DNA of 64,000 nt from an uncultured bacterium (GCA_965369995.1 CBDURO010000006.1:3728-67727), one strand, 5' to 3'; numbered from the stretch's first letter, positions 28,301 to 40,597 are shown. The notes: generated from the sequence alone by a model not told the origin. Program-made: numbers and translations.

Positions 28301-29090
28301 TTTAGAAAATTACTTAGAAAGCGAAACGTTCAAACTCCGTGTTGGCGATGAACTGCAACCCGGTATTTTGAAATTAGCAAAAGTATTTATTGCTAACAAA
28401 CGTAAAGTTTCGATTGGTGACAAAATGGCTGGACGGCATGGTAATAAAGGTGTAGTTGCAGCAATAGTACCGGAAGAAAATATGCCATTCCTTGAAGACG
28501 GAACTCCGGTTGATATAGTTTTAAATCCATTGGGTGTTCCTTCAAGAATGAATTTAGGGCAACTGTACGAAACAATGCTTGGTTGGGCAGGTGATGTTCT
28601 GGGAGTTAAATACAACACACCAGTATTTAATGGGGCTATTCCCGATGAGATTAAAGTAGAGCTTGAAAAGGCGAACCTGCCTATTCATGGTAAGACCCGG
28701 CTTATTGATGGTCGTACAGGCGAATATCTTTACGATGAAGTCACTGTTGGAAATATCTATATGATGAAACTTAGTCATATGGTTGATGATAAAATGCATG
28801 CTCGATCAACAGGACCATATTCATTAGTTACTCAGCAACCATTAGGTGGTAAAGCACAATTTGGTGGTCAACGGTTTGGAGAAATGGAAGTTTGGGCATT
28901 AGAAGCCTATGGTGCAGCTCATACATTGCAGGAAATCTTGACAGCAAAATCCGATGATGTTGAAGGTCGTTCAAGAATGTACAATGCCATTGTAAAAGGT
29001 GAGGATGTTCCACCGTACGGTTCTCCTGAATCGTTTAATGTTCTTATTAAAGAATTACAAGGTCTAGGAATAGACATTGAATTAAACTAA
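25314..29090 (+). CDS. rpoB: DNA-directed RNA polymerase subunit beta
   Basis: 1258 aa, TTG start after SD aggagg. Conserved blocks GNRRVRTVGE, RISALGPGGL and GDKMAGRHGNKGV. Confidence 0.98.
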   Translation: MGANNLYAAERVSFQKIHSVVEMPDLLGLQRDSYRMFLQEDTLEDERKRIGLEEVFQNVFPIEDSHRNYILEYKSYYLAPPKYSTDECIERGVTYSAPLKVKLVLNITDEEDRSKYAQSIEQDVYFGNIPYMTNKGTFIINGAERVVVSQLQRSPGVFFDQTIHPNGTKLFQARIIPIRGSWVDFTTDINDCLFVIIDRRRKFPATMLLRALGISTDADLFEALKCINKVDLAKKDLSDVIGATIVEDIIDTATGEIYFEHGTEITNEVLKVLKDAKIKSIKIVDRNKDFHAMMLLNTIEKDPTQNTEEALEVVYQLIRSSEPPNLETAQKFIERMFFNPKKYDLGQVGRYRLNKQFDLNINVEDTVLTMEDIVKVVQYLVDMRKGERGTDDIDHLGNRRVRTVGEQLKNQFATALSRMIRTIHDRMNLREAESITPQDLINARVVTTVINTFFGTSQMSQFGDQTNPLAEITHKRRISALGPGGLTRERAGFEVRDVHYTHYGRLCPIETPEGPNIGLISSLALMASINWHGFIEAPYRKIKLKDDAAYVTNKIEYLSADDEDRVLIAQSNAKLDANNKISDSSLRVRIKGDFPMVEPKKVEYMDVAPNQILSVAAALIPFVEHDDANRALMGSNMQRQAVPLMNPKSPIVGTGMEGIVALDSGACVSSPVSGTVVYVDAKQIKIKIGQIPEELCLVEGDNIVVIKLEKNRRSNQNTCYNQRPLVKIGQKVKEGDVLADGASTNNGELALGRNVIVAFMPWRGYNYEDAIVLNERLVKDDVFTSVHINEIELEVRETKRGEEELTPEIPNVSEEATKDLNDNGIIRVGARVKEGDIIIGKVTPKGETDPTPEEKLLRAIFGEKAGDVKDASKHASPGIKGTVIKTKLFEKRASKSKVLDRKKIIELQEDARNQKQNLKKSRDKILLRLLTDETSGGIRDSASNKTLIKKGTKLTEKRLKEFDFERFAQDEPWIESTNSWKKIKLVWSSFRKEWNRLENYLESETFKLRVGDELQPGILKLAKVFIANKRKVSIGDKMAGRHGNKGVVAAIVPEENMPFLEDGTPVDIVLNPLGVPSRMNLGQLYETMLGWAGDVLGVKYNTPVFNGAIPDEIKVELEKANLPIHGKTRLIDGRTGEYLYDEVTVGNIYMMKLSHMVDDKMHARSTGPYSLVTQQPLGGKAQFGGQRFGEMEVWALEAYGAAHTLQEILTAKSDDVEGRSRMYNAIVKGEDVPPYGSPESFNVLIKELQGLGIDIELN

Positions 29091-29100
29091 AGGTATAGTT

Positions 29101-32100
29101 TTGACTTATATCCAAACAAATAAAATCGATACAACTAAAAAGTATTCTAGTATAACCATTGGTCTCGCTTCTCCCGAAAATATTCTTGCCAAATCATATG
29201 GTGAGATACTCAAGCCTGAGACAATAAATTATCGATCATATAAGCCGGAAAAAGATGGTTTGTTCTGTGAAAAAATATTCGGGCCGGTTAAGGATTATGA
29301 ATGCCATTGTGGAAAATACAAAGGGATTCGCTATCGTGGAATTATATGTGATCGTTGTGGTGTAGAAGTAACTCGGAAAAAAGTTCGTCGCGAAAGGATG
29401 GGACATGTTACACTGGCTGTCCCAGTTGTCCATATTTGGTATTTAAAATCAATTCCGAGCAAATTGAGCTACTTGATTGGTCATAGCACCAAAGAGCTTG
29501 AGCGCGTCATTTATTATGAATTATATATGATTATTGAACCGGGGAAAAGTGGTAGAAAGCAATTTGAGCTTATTGATGAAGAAACCTGGATGGAACTTGA
29601 GAAAGATTATGGTTTTTACGCTGCTACCGAAGAAGAGCGTGACGAAAACGAATACTTTGTTGCGTTAATGGGTGGCGGAGCCATTAAGGATGCTCTTGCA
29701 AAGATAAATATGTCTGATCTAAAAGATGATTTAGAAAATATCATTACTAGTACAAAATCTAAACAGAAAAAGCAAGATGCATTAAAACGATTGAGAGTTG
29801 TTAAGGAATTTATGATTGACTCCATCAATAAAAAAGTAAACAAGCCAGAATGGATGGTGATATCGATTTTGCCAGTTATACCACCTGAGCTACGACCATT
29901 AGTGCCATTAGAAGGTGGTAGATTTGCTGCTAGTGATCTTAACGATTTGTATCGTAGGATTATAATTCGAAATAATCGCTTAAAGAATTTGATGGAAATC
30001 AAAGCACCCGACGTTATCTTGCGGAATGAAAAAAGAATGCTTCAGGAATCGGTTGATGCGCTATTTGATAATAGTCGCAGAAAAACTGCGATAAGAAGCG
30101 GTACGCGTAGACCTCTCAAGTCTCTTTCTGATATGTTGCGCGGTAAATCGGGACGTTTCCGCCAAAATTTGCTAGGTAAACGTGTTGACTATTCCGGTAG
30201 ATCTGTTATTGTAGTTGGACCAGAACTTCGTTTACATGAGTGTGGATTACCAAAAGATATGGGTCTTGAGCTATTTAAACCGCATATGATAAATGCATTG
30301 ATTGAACGGGGGTATGCTCAAACGCCTCGTGGTGCAAAATTAATGGTAGAAAATCATGAGCCAATAGTTTACAAAGTTCTTGAGTATGTAGTTAAAGATC
30401 ATCCTGTATTATTGAATCGTGCTCCAACTTTACATAGATTGGGTATTCAGGCGTTCCAACCTGTCTTAGTTGATGGAAAAGCAATTAGAATCCATCCATT
30501 AGTATGTGCAGCGTTTAACGCTGACTTTGACGGAGACCAGATGGCAGTTCATGTACCAATTTCCGTTCAAGCTCAGATGGAAGCCAGAATATTGATGCTT
30601 TCCAGTCATAACATTTTACATCCGGCAAACGGTAAACCGATTGCAATTCCTTCTCAAGATATGGTATTGGGATGTCATTATTTAACCAGACCAAAAACAG
30701 GTGATAAAGGCGAGGGTAAATTATTTGGGTCTTTAGATGAAGTAGTGATGGCATATGAAAATAAAGCAGTGGGATTGCATGCTATAATTGATGTTCGACA
30801 TAAAGGTAAATGGAATAAAAAAACAACAGTAGGCCGAGCTATCTTTAATTCCATTATACCGGAAGAGTTAGAATACTTTGACGAATTGATTTCCAAGAAA
30901 ACTTTAAGAAAAGTTGTTAATCAATCTTATCTGGTAGTAGGTAATTCTAAAACTGTAGAATTTTTAGATAAATTGAAAGATCTTGGATTTTCTATTGCAA
31001 CAAAAAGTGGTAGTTCGATTTCTATTAGTGATATTTTAATTCCGAGTGATAAGGATACGATTATAGAAAAAGCTGAAAAAGAAGTAGAGGCTATCCAACA
31101 GAATTTTGCTAACCATATATTAACTGATGGGGAAAGATACAATAAGGTAATTGACGTTTGGACTCACGCGACTAATCATGTTGCTAATGCCATGATGAAG
31201 GGATTGAGGAATGATAGGCAAGGTTTTAATCCTGTATTTATGATGGCAGATTCCGGTGCTAGAGGTAGTCAAGATCAGATTAAGCAGTTGGCAGGAATGC
31301 GTGGATTGATGGCAAAACCAAAAAAATCTATGACTGGTGGTCAGGGTGAAATTATTGAATCACCCATTATTTCCAATTTTAAGGAAGGGCTATCAGTTAT
31401 GGAATATTTTATATCTACACATGGCGCCAGGAAAGGTCTTGCTGATACAGCACTGAAAACAGCAGATGCAGGATATTTGACTCGTAGATTAGTAGATGTT
31501 GCTCAAGATGTGGTTATATCTGAGAAGGATTGTGGAACGATCAATGGTATTGTTACTAGCGATTTAAAAGAAAATGAAGAAATTATAGAACCACTGGCTG
31601 ACCGTGTTCTGGGTAGAACAATATTAGACGATTTGATTATTAATGGTAAAGTAATGATTAAAGCTGAAACTATTATTACGGAGAAGGAGGCTGATATCAT
31701 AGCCAATAATGAGATTCAAAGTATTCGTATTAGATCAGTTCTAACCTGTGAATCAAAACGAGGTGTTTGTGCAAAATGTTTTGGCTGGGATTTGGCACGT
31801 CATCGCGAAGTTAATATTGGTAGTGCAGTAGGAATACAAGCTGCGCAAAGTATAGGTGAGCCAGGTACTCAGCTTACACTACGCACATTCCATATTGGTG
31901 GAACAGCAACACGTATTATAGAGAAATCTGATATGCAAAGCAGATATGGTGGTGTTATTAAATTTTCAGATAATTATGATTTTGCTGATACCATTGATGT
32001 TACAGGGAATGAAATAACAAGATGTATGGTTAGACATGCAAAAATATTTATTGTTGATGAAAAAAATCCTGCAAATATTAAAACAGAATATAATATTCCA

Positions 32101-33360
32101 TATGGTTCTAATATATTTGTAAGTAAGGGTGATGTTATTAAAGCAGGCACCACACTTGTACAGTGGGATCCTTATACCGATATAATTCTTGCCAGGCATG
32201 ATGGATTTGTAAATCTGAAAGATTTTGAAGAAGGAGATACATATCAGATTGAAGCTGTAGAGGGTGGTAAAAAACAAATGGTGGTTATTGAGTCTAAAAA
32301 TCGCCAACTTAGTCCACAAGTGGAAATACAGGATAGTGATGGAAATGTAATGGCTGGAGGAACAATATTACCGGTAAATGCTACTTTAAATGTCATTAAT
32401 GGACAAGAAGTTAAGCGTGGACAGACGCTCGTTAAAATTCAAAAGGATATTGGAAAAACTCGTGATATTACAGGTGGCCTACCTCGAGTAGCAGAATTAT
32501 TTGAAGCTAGGATGCCTTCTAATCCTGCCGTAGTTAGTGAAATTAATGGAATAGTAAAATTTGGTGAAACAAAACGTGGAATTCGAAAAATTTTAATCGA
32601 ATCAAGTGACGGAGAGAGTCGTCCTTATAAGATTCCTTATGGTAAGCATGTTATTGTTCATGAAGGTGATTTCATAACAGCCGGTATACCGCTTTGCGAA
32701 GGTGCAATTTCACCAGTTGATATATTAAGAATACTTGGTCCAGGTGCAGTTCGTGAATACCTTGTAAACGAAATACAAGAAGTCTATCGACTGCAGGGCG
32801 TAGGTATTAATGATAAACACATAGAAGTAATTGTTCGTCAAATGATGAAAAAAATCTTGGTGACCGATCCTGGCGATTCTAGGTTTTTAGAATCTGAAAG
32901 AGTTGACAGAGTAGATTTTGCAATCGAAAATGATCGTTTAGCTATGATGGCTGTCGTTGCTGATGCTGGAGGTAGTGATTGGGAAAAAGATGCGTTAATA
33001 TTAAAATCTGATTTAAGAGATATTAATAAGGAATTGAAAGAAGAGGGTAAGAAACCAATTAAAACGCATAAAACTCAGCCGGCTACCTACGATCCATTGT
33101 TGATGGGTATTACGCAAGCTTCTTTAAACACTGAAAGTTACTTATCAGCAGCATCTTTCCAGGAAACTACAAGAGTGCTAACAGATGCAGCAACAGCAGG
33201 AAAAACAGACTATCTCAGAGGATTGAAAGAAAATGTAGTTATTGGTAGATTGATACCGGCTGGTACTGGATATCCTGCTTTGCAAGACATATTATTGGAA
33301 TCTGATGAAGATGAAAAGGTTGTTGAATCAGCGGAGATTTCCTTTGGTGAAATTGTGTAG
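29101..33360 (+). CDS. rpoC: DNA-directed RNA polymerase subunit beta'
   Basis: 1419 aa, TTG start. Zn-finger [23 protein letters not shown] and the catalytic [12 protein letters not shown] motif. Confidence 0.98.
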   Translation: MTYIQTNKIDTTKKYSSITIGLASPENILAKSYGEILKPETINYRSYKPEKDGLFCEKIFGPVKDYECHCGKYKGIRYRGIICDRCGVEVTRKKVRRERMGHVTLAVPVVHIWYLKSIPSKLSYLIGHSTKELERVIYYELYMIIEPGKSGRKQFELIDEETWMELEKDYGFYAATEEERDENEYFVALMGGGAIKDALAKINMSDLKDDLENIITSTKSKQKKQDALKRLRVVKEFMIDSINKKVNKPEWMVISILPVIPPELRPLVPLEGGRFAASDLNDLYRRIIIRNNRLKNLMEIKAPDVILRNEKRMLQESVDALFDNSRRKTAIRSGTRRPLKSLSDMLRGKSGRFRQNLLGKRVDYSGRSVIVVGPELRLHECGLPKDMGLELFKPHMINALIERGYAQTPRGAKLMVENHEPIVYKVLEYVVKDHPVLLNRAPTLHRLGIQAFQPVLVDGKAIRIHPLVCAAFNADFDGDQMAVHVPISVQAQMEARILMLSSHNILHPANGKPIAIPSQDMVLGCHYLTRPKTGDKGEGKLFGSLDEVVMAYENKAVGLHAIIDVRHKGKWNKKTTVGRAIFNSIIPEELEYFDELISKKTLRKVVNQSYLVVGNSKTVEFLDKLKDLGFSIATKSGSSISISDILIPSDKDTIIEKAEKEVEAIQQNFANHILTDGERYNKVIDVWTHATNHVANAMMKGLRNDRQGFNPVFMMADSGARGSQDQIKQLAGMRGLMAKPKKSMTGGQGEIIESPIISNFKEGLSVMEYFISTHGARKGLADTALKTADAGYLTRRLVDVAQDVVISEKDCGTINGIVTSDLKENEEIIEPLADRVLGRTILDDLIINGKVMIKAETIITEKEADIIANNEIQSIRIRSVLTCESKRGVCAKCFGWDLARHREVNIGSAVGIQAAQSIGEPGTQLTLRTFHIGGTATRIIEKSDMQSRYGGVIKFSDNYDFADTIDVTGNEITRCMVRHAKIFIVDEKNPANIKTEYNIPYGSNIFVSKGDVIKAGTTLVQWDPYTDIILARHDGFVNLKDFEEGDTYQIEAVEGGKKQMVVIESKNRQLSPQVEIQDSDGNVMAGGTILPVNATLNVINGQEVKRGQTLVKIQKDIGKTRDITGGLPRVAELFEARMPSNPAVVSEINGIVKFGETKRGIRKILIESSDGESRPYKIPYGKHVIVHEGDFITAGIPLCEGAISPVDILRILGPGAVREYLVNEIQEVYRLQGVGINDKHIEVIVRQMMKKILVTDPGDSRFLESERVDRVDFAIENDRLAMMAVVADAGGSDWEKDALILKSDLRDINKELKEEGKKPIKTHKTQPATYDPLLMGITQASLNTESYLSAASFQETTRVLTDAATAGKTDYLRGLKENVVIGRLIPAGTGYPALQDILLESDEDEKVVESAEISFGEIV

Positions 33361-33390
33361 AAATAAATATGAATATGTGTGTTAAAGTAA

Positions 33391-33419
33391 TTGACTATAT
33401 TTATAATTTTTGAATAAAT
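33391..33419 (+). promoter_or_regulatory. Candidate sigma-70-type promoter of the rpsL (str) operon
   Basis: TTGACT (33391-33396), a 17-nt spacer, then ATAAAT (33414-33419), about 24 nt upstream of the rpsL ATG. This is the only sizeable gap between rpoC and rplQ. Confidence 0.4.
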
Positions 33420-33442
33420 TTATAGGCTTAATATAAATAGAT

Positions 33443-33817
33443 ATGCCGACGATAAATCAACTAGTAAAGAAAGGTAGAAAGCGGATTTTACAAAAAAATG
33501 TGAGTCCAGCGCTACAACGTAATCCACAAAAACGTGGAGTTTGTGTACGTGTATATACAACTACGCCCAAAAAACCTAATTCTGCACTGCGAAAAGTTGC
33601 TCGTGTCAGATTGACCAACGGGATGGAAGCAGCAGCATATATTCCGGGTGAAGGTCATAATTTGCAAGAACATTCAATTGTGTTGATTGAAGGTGGTAGG
33701 ATTAAAGACCTTCCTGGTGTGCGTTATCACATTATACGCGGAACACTTGATACAGCAGGTGTCAACGACAGAAAAACTAGTCGTTCACGTTACGGTACAA
33801 AACGACCGAAGGCTTAA
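33443..33817 (+). CDS. rpsL: 30S ribosomal protein S12
   Basis: 124 aa; [12 protein letters not shown] and [11 protein letters not shown] are canonical S12. Confidence 0.98.
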   Translation: MPTINQLVKKGRKRILQKNVSPALQRNPQKRGVCVRVYTTTPKKPNSALRKVARVRLTNGMEAAAYIPGEGHNLQEHSIVLIEGGRIKDLPGVRYHIIRGTLDTAGVNDRKTSRSRYGTKRPKA

Positions 33818-33822
33818 TTGTT

Positions 33823-34299
33823 ATGCGTAGAAGAAGACCAGAAAAAAGAGAAATATTACCCGATCCGGTTTATAATGACCTGTCGGTTGCCAAATTTGTG
33901 AACTATGTGATGGAACGCGGTAAAAAGGGTGTTGCTGAAAAGATTTTTTATGACGCAATGGATGTGATTAAAAATAAAACAAAGACTGACGGATTAAAAA
34001 TATTTCAAGAAGCGATCAAAAATGTTACTCCGATATTGGAAGTGAAATCACGTCGTATTGGTGGAGCTACTTATCAAGTACCGATTGAAGTCCCAAAAAA
34101 TCGACAATTTTATTTATCATCACATTGGATAATTAATGCTGCTATTGGTCGTGGTGGTAAACCAATGGCTGAACGTCTTGCAACTGAACTGATTGCGGCT
34201 GCTAATAATGAAGGCGGGGCAATTAAGAAAAAAGATGATACGCACCGAATGGCAGAAGCAAATAAAGCATTTGCACATTTTGGAAGACCTAGACGATAA
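33823..34299 (+). CDS. rpsG: 30S ribosomal protein S7
   Basis: 158 aa; [17 protein letters not shown] is a canonical S7 start. Confidence 0.98.
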   Translation: MRRRRPEKREILPDPVYNDLSVAKFVNYVMERGKKGVAEKIFYDAMDVIKNKTKTDGLKIFQEAIKNVTPILEVKSRRIGGATYQVPIEVPKNRQFYLSSHWIINAAIGRGGKPMAERLATELIAAANNEGGAIKKKDDTHRMAEANKAFAHFGRPRR

Positions 34300-36389
34300 T
34301 GAAAAGTATTTCCCTAGATAAAGTGCGAAATATTGGTATAATGGCTCATATTGATGCTGGTAAAACCACGTTGACAGAGCGAATATTATATTATACTGGA
34401 CGTACTCACAAAATAGGGGAAGTGCATGAAGGTGGTGCCACAATGGATTGGATGGCTCAGGAGAAGGAAAGGGGTATTACGATAACTTCTGCGGCTACTA
34501 CTTGTATGTGGAACGATCACCGTATTAATATTATTGATACACCGGGTCATGTCGATTTTACTGTGGAGGTAGAAAGGTCTCTCAGAGTATTAGACGGTGC
34601 TGTAGCAGTTTTTTGTGCCGTTGGCGGTGTTGAACCGCAAAGCGAAACAGTTTGGCGTCAAGCTGATAAGTATGATGTTCCGCGCATAGCTTTTGTAAAT
34701 AAAATGGATCGTACGGGCAGTGACTTTTATAATGTGCTTAACATGATAAAAGAGAGATTGGGAGCAAATCCATTACCGATGACAATACCTATTGGTTCTG
34801 GTGATCTATTTACGGGTATTATTGACCTTTGTTCTATGCAAGCAATTTTGTATAATGAATCTTCATTAGGCGCACGTTATGAATTTGCTGAAATCCCAAA
34901 AGATTTAAAAGATGAGGCAGATAAATGGCGTCATCATCTTATAGAGGAAACAGCAGCTTACGATGAGCGCTTATTAGAAAAATATTTAGCTGATGAAGAA
35001 ATTAAAGAGGATGAGTTAAAAGCGGCAATCCGAAAAGGGTGTATAGACAATACATTTATTCCTACTTTTTGCGGTTCAGCTTTTAAAAATAAAGGTGTAC
35101 AAAGATTATTGGATGCGGTTGTTGATTTTTTACCAAATCCGTTGGATATTGGTGAAGTATCAGGTGTTGACCCGGATGATTCAGATATTGTATTAAAACG
35201 TAAACCGGATAAAAAATCGCCTTTTAGCGCACTTGTTTTTAAAATTATGACAGATCCTTATGTGGGTCGCTTAACTTACTTAAGAGTATATTCCGGTAGA
35301 TTAGATAAGGGCTCATATGTTTATAATCCAAATATTGTGAAAAGAGAACGAATTAGTAGAATTTTATTAATGCATGCTAATAAACGTGAAGCTCTTGAAG
35401 CTGTAACAGCCGGTGAAATTGTGGCTACTGTTGGTCTTAAAGTAACTAATACTGGGCACACTATTTGCGATGCTGATAATCCAATTATTTTAGAATCAAT
35501 GGACTTCCCTGAACCAGTTGTGGAAGTATCAGTTGAGCCGGTAAGTAAGGCTGATCAAAAAACTTTATCACAAGGTTTGGCTAAATTAAGCGAGGAAGAT
35601 CCTACATTTAAAGTTTCTACTAATCAAGATACTGGTCAAACGATTATTGCAGGGATGGGGGAATTACATTTAGAAATTTTAGTTGATCGCTTGAAGCGAG
35701 AATTTAATGTAAATGCAAATGTTGGGAAACCTCAAGTAGCATATACAGAAGCTATTACAAAATTAGTTGAAAAAATTGATGTAAAATTTGCGAGACAATC
35801 CGGTGGACGTGGTCAGTTTGGTCATGTTGTGATCAATGTTGCGCCAAATGAATCCGGCAAGGGTTATCATTTTGATAATAAAATAGTCGGTGGTGTAATA
35901 CCGAGAGAATATATACCTGCTGTAGATGCAGGAATTAAAGAAGCATTAAAAAATGGCGTTATTGCCGGTTACCCGATTGAAGATGTGCGCGTTGAACTAA
36001 TATATGGTTCTTATCATGAGGTTGATTCTTCAGAAATCGCTTTCAGAATAGCAGGTTCAATGGCAATAAAAAAGGCTTGTAACGCGGCAAGTCCGGTATT
36101 GATGGAGCCAATAATGTCCATTGAAGTTGTTACGCCGGAAGAATACTTAGGCGATGTGATGGGCGACATTAATTCGCGTCGTGGAAAAATTGAAGGAATG
36201 GGACAGCGTAAAGACGCTCAGGTAATTAAAGGAAATGTACCTTTAAATAAGATGTTTGGATATGTTACCGATCTAAGATCGATAACTCAAGGGCGTGCTG
36301 TATTTCATATGGAATTTTCACATTATCAACAAGTTCCAGTTAATGTACAAACAGAAATAATGGAACATGTACATGGGACAGCATCCTAA
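34299..36389 (+). CDS. fusA: Elongation factor G
   Basis: 696 aa; [28 protein letters not shown] and NKMDR G motifs; str-operon position. Confidence 0.98.
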   Translation: MKSISLDKVRNIGIMAHIDAGKTTLTERILYYTGRTHKIGEVHEGGATMDWMAQEKERGITITSAATTCMWNDHRINIIDTPGHVDFTVEVERSLRVLDGAVAVFCAVGGVEPQSETVWRQADKYDVPRIAFVNKMDRTGSDFYNVLNMIKERLGANPLPMTIPIGSGDLFTGIIDLCSMQAILYNESSLGARYEFAEIPKDLKDEADKWRHHLIEETAAYDERLLEKYLADEEIKEDELKAAIRKGCIDNTFIPTFCGSAFKNKGVQRLLDAVVDFLPNPLDIGEVSGVDPDDSDIVLKRKPDKKSPFSALVFKIMTDPYVGRLTYLRVYSGRLDKGSYVYNPNIVKRERISRILLMHANKREALEAVTAGEIVATVGLKVTNTGHTICDADNPIILESMDFPEPVVEVSVEPVSKADQKTLSQGLAKLSEEDPTFKVSTNQDTGQTIIAGMGELHLEILVDRLKREFNVNANVGKPQVAYTEAITKLVEKIDVKFARQSGGRGQFGHVVINVAPNESGKGYHFDNKIVGGVIPREYIPAVDAGIKEALKNGVIAGYPIEDVRVELIYGSYHEVDSSEIAFRIAGSMAIKKACNAASPVLMEPIMSIEVVTPEEYLGDVMGDINSRRGKIEGMGQRKDAQVIKGNVPLNKMFGYVTDLRSITQGRAVFHMEFSHYQQVPVNVQTEIMEHVHGTAS

Positions 36390-36394
36390 CAAAT

Positions 36395-37602
36395 AGGAGA
36401 AACAAATGGCAAAGGAAAAATTTGAGCGAACGAAGCCACATGTAAACATTGGTACAATAGGCCATGTAGATCATGGTAAGACGACATTAACAGCCGCGAT
36501 AACATTATTGCAATCAGCGCAAGGGTTATCGGAGGTAATGACATTTGATGCTATCGATAATGCTCCGGAGGAGCGTGAGCGTGGAATTACGATCCAGACA
36601 GCACATGTAGAGTATGAGACAGTCAATCGTCATTATGCGCACGTAGATTGTCCGGGTCATGCTGATTATATTAAGAATATGATCACAGGAGCAGCTCAGA
36701 TGGATGGAGCGATATTAGTTGTAAGTGCAGCTGATGGTCCAATGCCCCAGACGCGAGAGCATGTATTATTAGCTCGTCAGGTTAATGTTCCAAGTATTGT
36801 AGTATTTATGAACAAGACCGATCAAGTAGATGATCCTGAGTTGTTAGAATTAGTTGAGATGGAACTAAGAGATTTATTGAATGAGTATAAGTTCCCCGGT
36901 GATGACACACCGATTATTATGGGTAGCGCATTAAATGCCTTGAATAATCCTAAAGATCCGGAAGCTACCAAATGCATAACGGAATTATTAGAAGCCTGTG
37001 ATAGTTTTATACCTGAGCCGAAGCGCGATGTAGACAAACCGTTTTTGATGCCTGTGGAGGATGTATTTAGTATAACCGGTCGTGGAACAGTAGGAACCGG
37101 TAGGATCGAGCGTGGTATAGTGAAGGTTGGTGATGAAATAGAGATGATCGGAATGGGTGCTCATAAGAAGACGGTATGTACGGGTGTAGAGATGTTCCGT
37201 AAGCTATTGGATGAAGGTAGAGCGGGAGATAATGCCGGATTATTATTACGTGGAGTAGATAAAGAAGAATTGAAACGTGGAATGGTATTGGCTAAGCCTG
37301 GTAGTATAACTCCGCATACAAAGTTTAAGGCCAATGTATATGTATTGAAGAAAGAAGAGGGTGGTCGTCACACGCCATTTTTCAATGGTTACAGACCACA
37401 GTTTTACTTCCGTACGACCGATGTAACGGGAATAGGAACATTACCTGAGGGAACAGAGATGGTAATGCCGGGAGATAATGTAGAGTTGAGTATAGAGTTA
37501 ATTACACCGATAGCGATGGATAAGGAGTTGCGCTTTGCTATTAGAGAAGGTGGACATACGGTAGGTGCCGGTGTTGTTACTGAGATTATTGAGTAGGTAG
37601 GT
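36395..37602 (+). repeat. tuf repeat copy 2 (1208 nt, identical to 20925-22132 except one base)
   Basis: See copy 1. Identity starts at the SD (aggagaaacaaATG) and ends 6 nt after the stop codon. Confidence 0.9.
36406..37596 (+). CDS. tuf: Elongation factor Tu (copy 2, str-operon context)
   Basis: The 396-aa protein is identical to copy 1. The stop is TAG here and TAA in copy 1. Confidence 0.98.
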   Translation: MAKEKFERTKPHVNIGTIGHVDHGKTTLTAAITLLQSAQGLSEVMTFDAIDNAPEERERGITIQTAHVEYETVNRHYAHVDCPGHADYIKNMITGAAQMDGAILVVSAADGPMPQTREHVLLARQVNVPSIVVFMNKTDQVDDPELLELVEMELRDLLNEYKFPGDDTPIIMGSALNALNNPKDPEATKCITELLEACDSFIPEPKRDVDKPFLMPVEDVFSITGRGTVGTGRIERGIVKVGDEIEMIGMGAHKKTVCTGVEMFRKLLDEGRAGDNAGLLLRGVDKEELKRGMVLAKPGSITPHTKFKANVYVLKKEEGGRHTPFFNGYRPQFYFRTTDVTGIGTLPEGTEMVMPGDNVELSIELITPIAMDKELRFAIREGGHTVGAGVVTEIIE

Positions 37603-37608
37603 GAATTT

Positions 37609-37917
37609 GTGCCAAAACAAACTATAAGAATAAGTTTAAAAGCATATGATCATACTTTGTTGGATAAGTCCACAGAGAAAATTGTTCGTACAGCAAAATC
37701 AACCGGTGCGGTTATATCGGGTCCAATACCTTTACCAACAAAAAGGACTATTTATACTGTGTTACGTTCACCTTTTGTTGATAAAAAATCTCGTGAACAG
37801 TTTCAAACAAAAGTACATAAAAGACTTATTGATATACTTAATTCAACTCCCAAAACAGTTGAATCATTAATGAAATTAGATTTACCTGCCGGGGTAGATA
37901 TTGAGATTAAGGTTTAG
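37609..37917 (+). CDS. rpsJ: 30S ribosomal protein S10
   Basis: 102 aa, GTG start; [14 protein letters not shown] and GPIPLPT are canonical S10. Confidence 0.97.
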   Translation: MPKQTIRISLKAYDHTLLDKSTEKIVRTAKSTGAVISGPIPLPTKRTIYTVLRSPFVDKKSREQFQTKVHKRLIDILNSTPKTVESLMKLDLPAGVDIEIKV

Positions 37918-38537
37918 TGATGCGTGGATTAATTGGTAAGAAAGTTGGTATGACCCAAATTTATGATGAGCAAGGGATTATGACACCTGTAACTGTTGTA
38001 GAGGTAGGCCCTTGCGTTGTAACTCAAGTCAAAACTAAAATGAAAGACGGATATGATGCTGTACAGGTTGGATATGGAAATAGAAAGAAAAAACATCTTA
38101 CAAAGCCTATGAAAGGACATTTTATTCGTGCAAAAGTAGAACCTAAACGTATTCTTGCTGAATTTGATATGATACCGGGTTTTGAATATAAATTGGGTCA
38201 AGAATTTACTGCCTCATTATTTAAATCTGGTGAATATGTCGATGTGAGTGGAACTTCAAAAGGTCGTGGTTTCGCAGGTGTTATTAAAAGACATAATTTT
38301 CATACTCAGCCAAAAACGCATGGTACAAAGAACACTTATCGTCATCCTGGTTCTATTGGACAGGCTTCAGATCCATCTAGAGTATTTAAAGGTATGAAGA
38401 TGGCTGGTCATTATGGAAATAAGAAAATCACTTTACCAAATGTCGAAATTATACAAGTGGATAAAGAAAAAAACCAAATATTACTCAAAGGATCAGTTCC
38501 AGGAGCACGGAACGGCATTGTTTATATTGTAAAATAA
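37917..38537 (+). CDS. rplC: 50S ribosomal protein L3
   Basis: 206 aa; GLIGKKVGMTQIYDE is canonical L3. The start may be ATG at 37920 rather than GTG at 37917. Confidence 0.97.
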   Translation: MMRGLIGKKVGMTQIYDEQGIMTPVTVVEVGPCVVTQVKTKMKDGYDAVQVGYGNRKKKHLTKPMKGHFIRAKVEPKRILAEFDMIPGFEYKLGQEFTASLFKSGEYVDVSGTSKGRGFAGVIKRHNFHTQPKTHGTKNTYRHPGSIGQASDPSRVFKGMKMAGHYGNKKITLPNVEIIQVDKEKNQILLKGSVPGARNGIVYIVK

Positions 38538-38539
38538 TT

Positions 38540-39172
38540 ATGGAATTACAAATATTAAAAAATAGTGGAACTAAAGGCGAAAAAATAAAAGTTGATAAAA
38601 CTGTGTTTGGGATAAAGCCAAATGAAGCAGTCGTACATCAAGCTGTTGTTGCAGAGTTATCTAATTTAAGACAAGGTACTCGTGCAGCAAAAAGTAGAGG
38701 TATGGTCACCGGAAGCCAAAAAAAACCATTCCGTCAGAAAGGTCGTGGTATGGCGCGCGCTGGTACAAGGAAATCGCCTTTATGGCGTGGCGGAGGGGTA
38801 GTATTTCCGCCTTCACCGCATAAGCATACAAAATCAATGCCTAAAAAGATGAGACAGTTGGCACGCCGTAGTGTGTTATCAGATAAAACAGCAAATGGAA
38901 AAGTATTTGTAATCGACGAATTCAATATTAAGAAACCAAAAACTAAATATTTTATTGATTTATTAAATAATTTGAAATTATCAGATACAAAAGTAACCGT
39001 ATTACCTTCGGTGATTGATGATAATTTAAATTTAGCCACTCGAAACATTCCAAATATTTTTGTCATCAAGGCAACTGATGTCAGTACGTATGATTTGTTA
39101 GACTCGGAAGTTTTATTATTTGATAAAGCTGGGTTGACATTATTAAATAAACAATTAGCACAGAAGAAATAG
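38540..39172 (+). CDS. rplD: 50S ribosomal protein L4
   Basis: 210 aa; RQGTRAAKSRGMVTGSQKKPFRQKGRGMARAG is typical of L4. Confidence 0.97.
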   Translation: MELQILKNSGTKGEKIKVDKTVFGIKPNEAVVHQAVVAELSNLRQGTRAAKSRGMVTGSQKKPFRQKGRGMARAGTRKSPLWRGGGVVFPPSPHKHTKSMPKKMRQLARRSVLSDKTANGKVFVIDEFNIKKPKTKYFIDLLNNLKLSDTKVTVLPSVIDDNLNLATRNIPNIFVIKATDVSTYDLLDSEVLLFDKAGLTLLNKQLAQKK

Positions 39173-39176
39173 AATC

Positions 39177-39497
39177 GTGGATTACCGTAAAATATTAATT
39201 CGTCCTTTATATACCGAGAAAATGAGCATTCTCGAAGAAACACAGCGAAAATATGCCTTTCAGGTAGATAGCTCCGCTAATAAAATTCAAATAAAACAAG
39301 CAGTTGAAGATAAATTTGATGTTAAGGTTGAAAAAGTTGCAACTATGAATCGTAAGGGGAAAGCCAAGCAAATGTCAGTTAGAAGTGGCGGAAGGGCGAT
39401 TCGAACACAGGGTTTCCAAGCAAGTTGGAAGCGGGCAGTGATAACGTTAAAGGAAGGGTTTACAATTGATCTGCTCAAAGGAGAGGCACAAGTATAA
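39177..39497 (+). CDS. rplW: 50S ribosomal protein L23
   Basis: 106 aa, GTG start; [10 protein letters not shown]...[19 protein letters not shown] is typical of L23. Confidence 0.96.
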   Translation: MDYRKILIRPLYTEKMSILEETQRKYAFQVDSSANKIQIKQAVEDKFDVKVEKVATMNRKGKAKQMSVRSGGRAIRTQGFQASWKRAVITLKEGFTIDLLKGEAQV

Positions 39498-39499
39498 TT

Positions 39500-40324
39500 A
39501 TGGGTATTCGATCATTAAAACCGGTTACTCCCGGGAGCCGATTTGCAACTCGGCCTGATTTTGCTGAATTAACTGCGAGTACACCTGAGAAAAGTCTTAC
39601 TACTGCACTTCGTAAAACAGGTGGGCGCAATAATAAAGGTCGTATAACGATGCGTCATCGAGGTGGTGGCCATAGACGTCGATATCGTATTATTGATTTT
39701 AAACGAAATAAGTTTGATATTCCATCAAAAGTTGCAACTATTGAGTATGATCCAAATAGATCTGCTTATATAGCATTATTGCATTATGCTGATGGTGAAA
39801 AAAGATATATACTTTCTCCAGTGGGACTAAAGGTTGGAGATGAACTAATCTCCGGAGAGAATGTTGAGTTAAAAGTAGGAAATAGTCTAAGTTTAAAAAA
39901 TATTCCAGCTGGTATGACGGTCCATAATGTAGAATTAACACCAGGGAAGGGCGGACAAATAGTACGAAGCGCGGGTGTTGTTGCTCGTATTATGGCTCGA
40001 GATGATGGATACGTTACATTAAAATTACCTTCTGGTGAAGTACGGATGGTTCCTGAAAAATGTATGGCTACTTTAGGACAAGTAGGAAATCGCACACATA
40101 ACCAGGTAGTTTCTGGTAAAGCAGGACGAACAAGGTGGCTTGGTAGAAGACCAAAAGTTCGTGGTGTAGCAATGAATCCGGTAGATCACCCGATGGGCGG
40201 TGGTGAAGGAAAAACATCCGGTGGACGTCATCCGGTTTCACCTACAGGTGTGTTGGCAAAGGGGTATAAAACTCGGAAGAAAAAGAAAAAATCTAATGAA
40301 TTAATTGTGAAGAGGAGAAAATAG
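39500..40324 (+). CDS. rplB: 50S ribosomal protein L2
   Basis: 274 aa; [15 protein letters not shown] and [17 protein letters not shown] are canonical L2. Confidence 0.98.
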   Translation: MGIRSLKPVTPGSRFATRPDFAELTASTPEKSLTTALRKTGGRNNKGRITMRHRGGGHRRRYRIIDFKRNKFDIPSKVATIEYDPNRSAYIALLHYADGEKRYILSPVGLKVGDELISGENVELKVGNSLSLKNIPAGMTVHNVELTPGKGGQIVRSAGVVARIMARDDGYVTLKLPSGEVRMVPEKCMATLGQVGNRTHNQVVSGKAGRTRWLGRRPKVRGVAMNPVDHPMGGGEGKTSGGRHPVSPTGVLAKGYKTRKKKKKSNELIVKRRK

Positions 40325-40325
40325 T

Positions 40326-40595
40326 ATGGCTCGCTCCTTGAAAAAGGGTCCTTATATTTCACCGAAATTGCTGAAAAAAATTGACGCAATGAATGAATCG
40401 GGAAAGAAAAGGGTGATAAAAACATGGTCGCGTAGATCAGTTATAACACCAGAGTTTGTCGGTCATACAATGGCTGTTCACAATGGTAACAAATTTATAC
40501 CAATTTTTATTTATGAAAATATGGTAGGACATAAGCTTGGAGAATTTTCTCCAACAAGAATATTTAGGATGCATTCGGGAGACCGGAAAAAATAA
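40326..40595 (+). CDS. rpsS: 30S ribosomal protein S19
   Basis: 89 aa; [10 protein letters not shown] and [12 protein letters not shown] are canonical S19. Confidence 0.98.
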   Translation: MARSLKKGPYISPKLLKKIDAMNESGKKRVIKTWSRRSVITPEFVGHTMAVHNGNKFIPIFIYENMVGHKLGEFSPTRIFRMHSGDRKK

Positions 40596-40597
40596 AA

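Noticed and set aside
25826-32319. Many 60-130-aa antisense or alternate-frame ORFs inside rpoB and rpoC (e.g. 26819-27127, 28310-28618, 29616-30002, 31966-32319)
   Set aside because: All are fully embedded in strongly supported long CDSs, have low-complexity composition and lack RBS context. They are typical of shadow ORFs in AT-rich DNA.
37646-37870. 74-aa same-strand alternate-frame ORF within rpsJ
   Set aside because: It overlaps canonical S10 in another frame and the product has no recognisable features.
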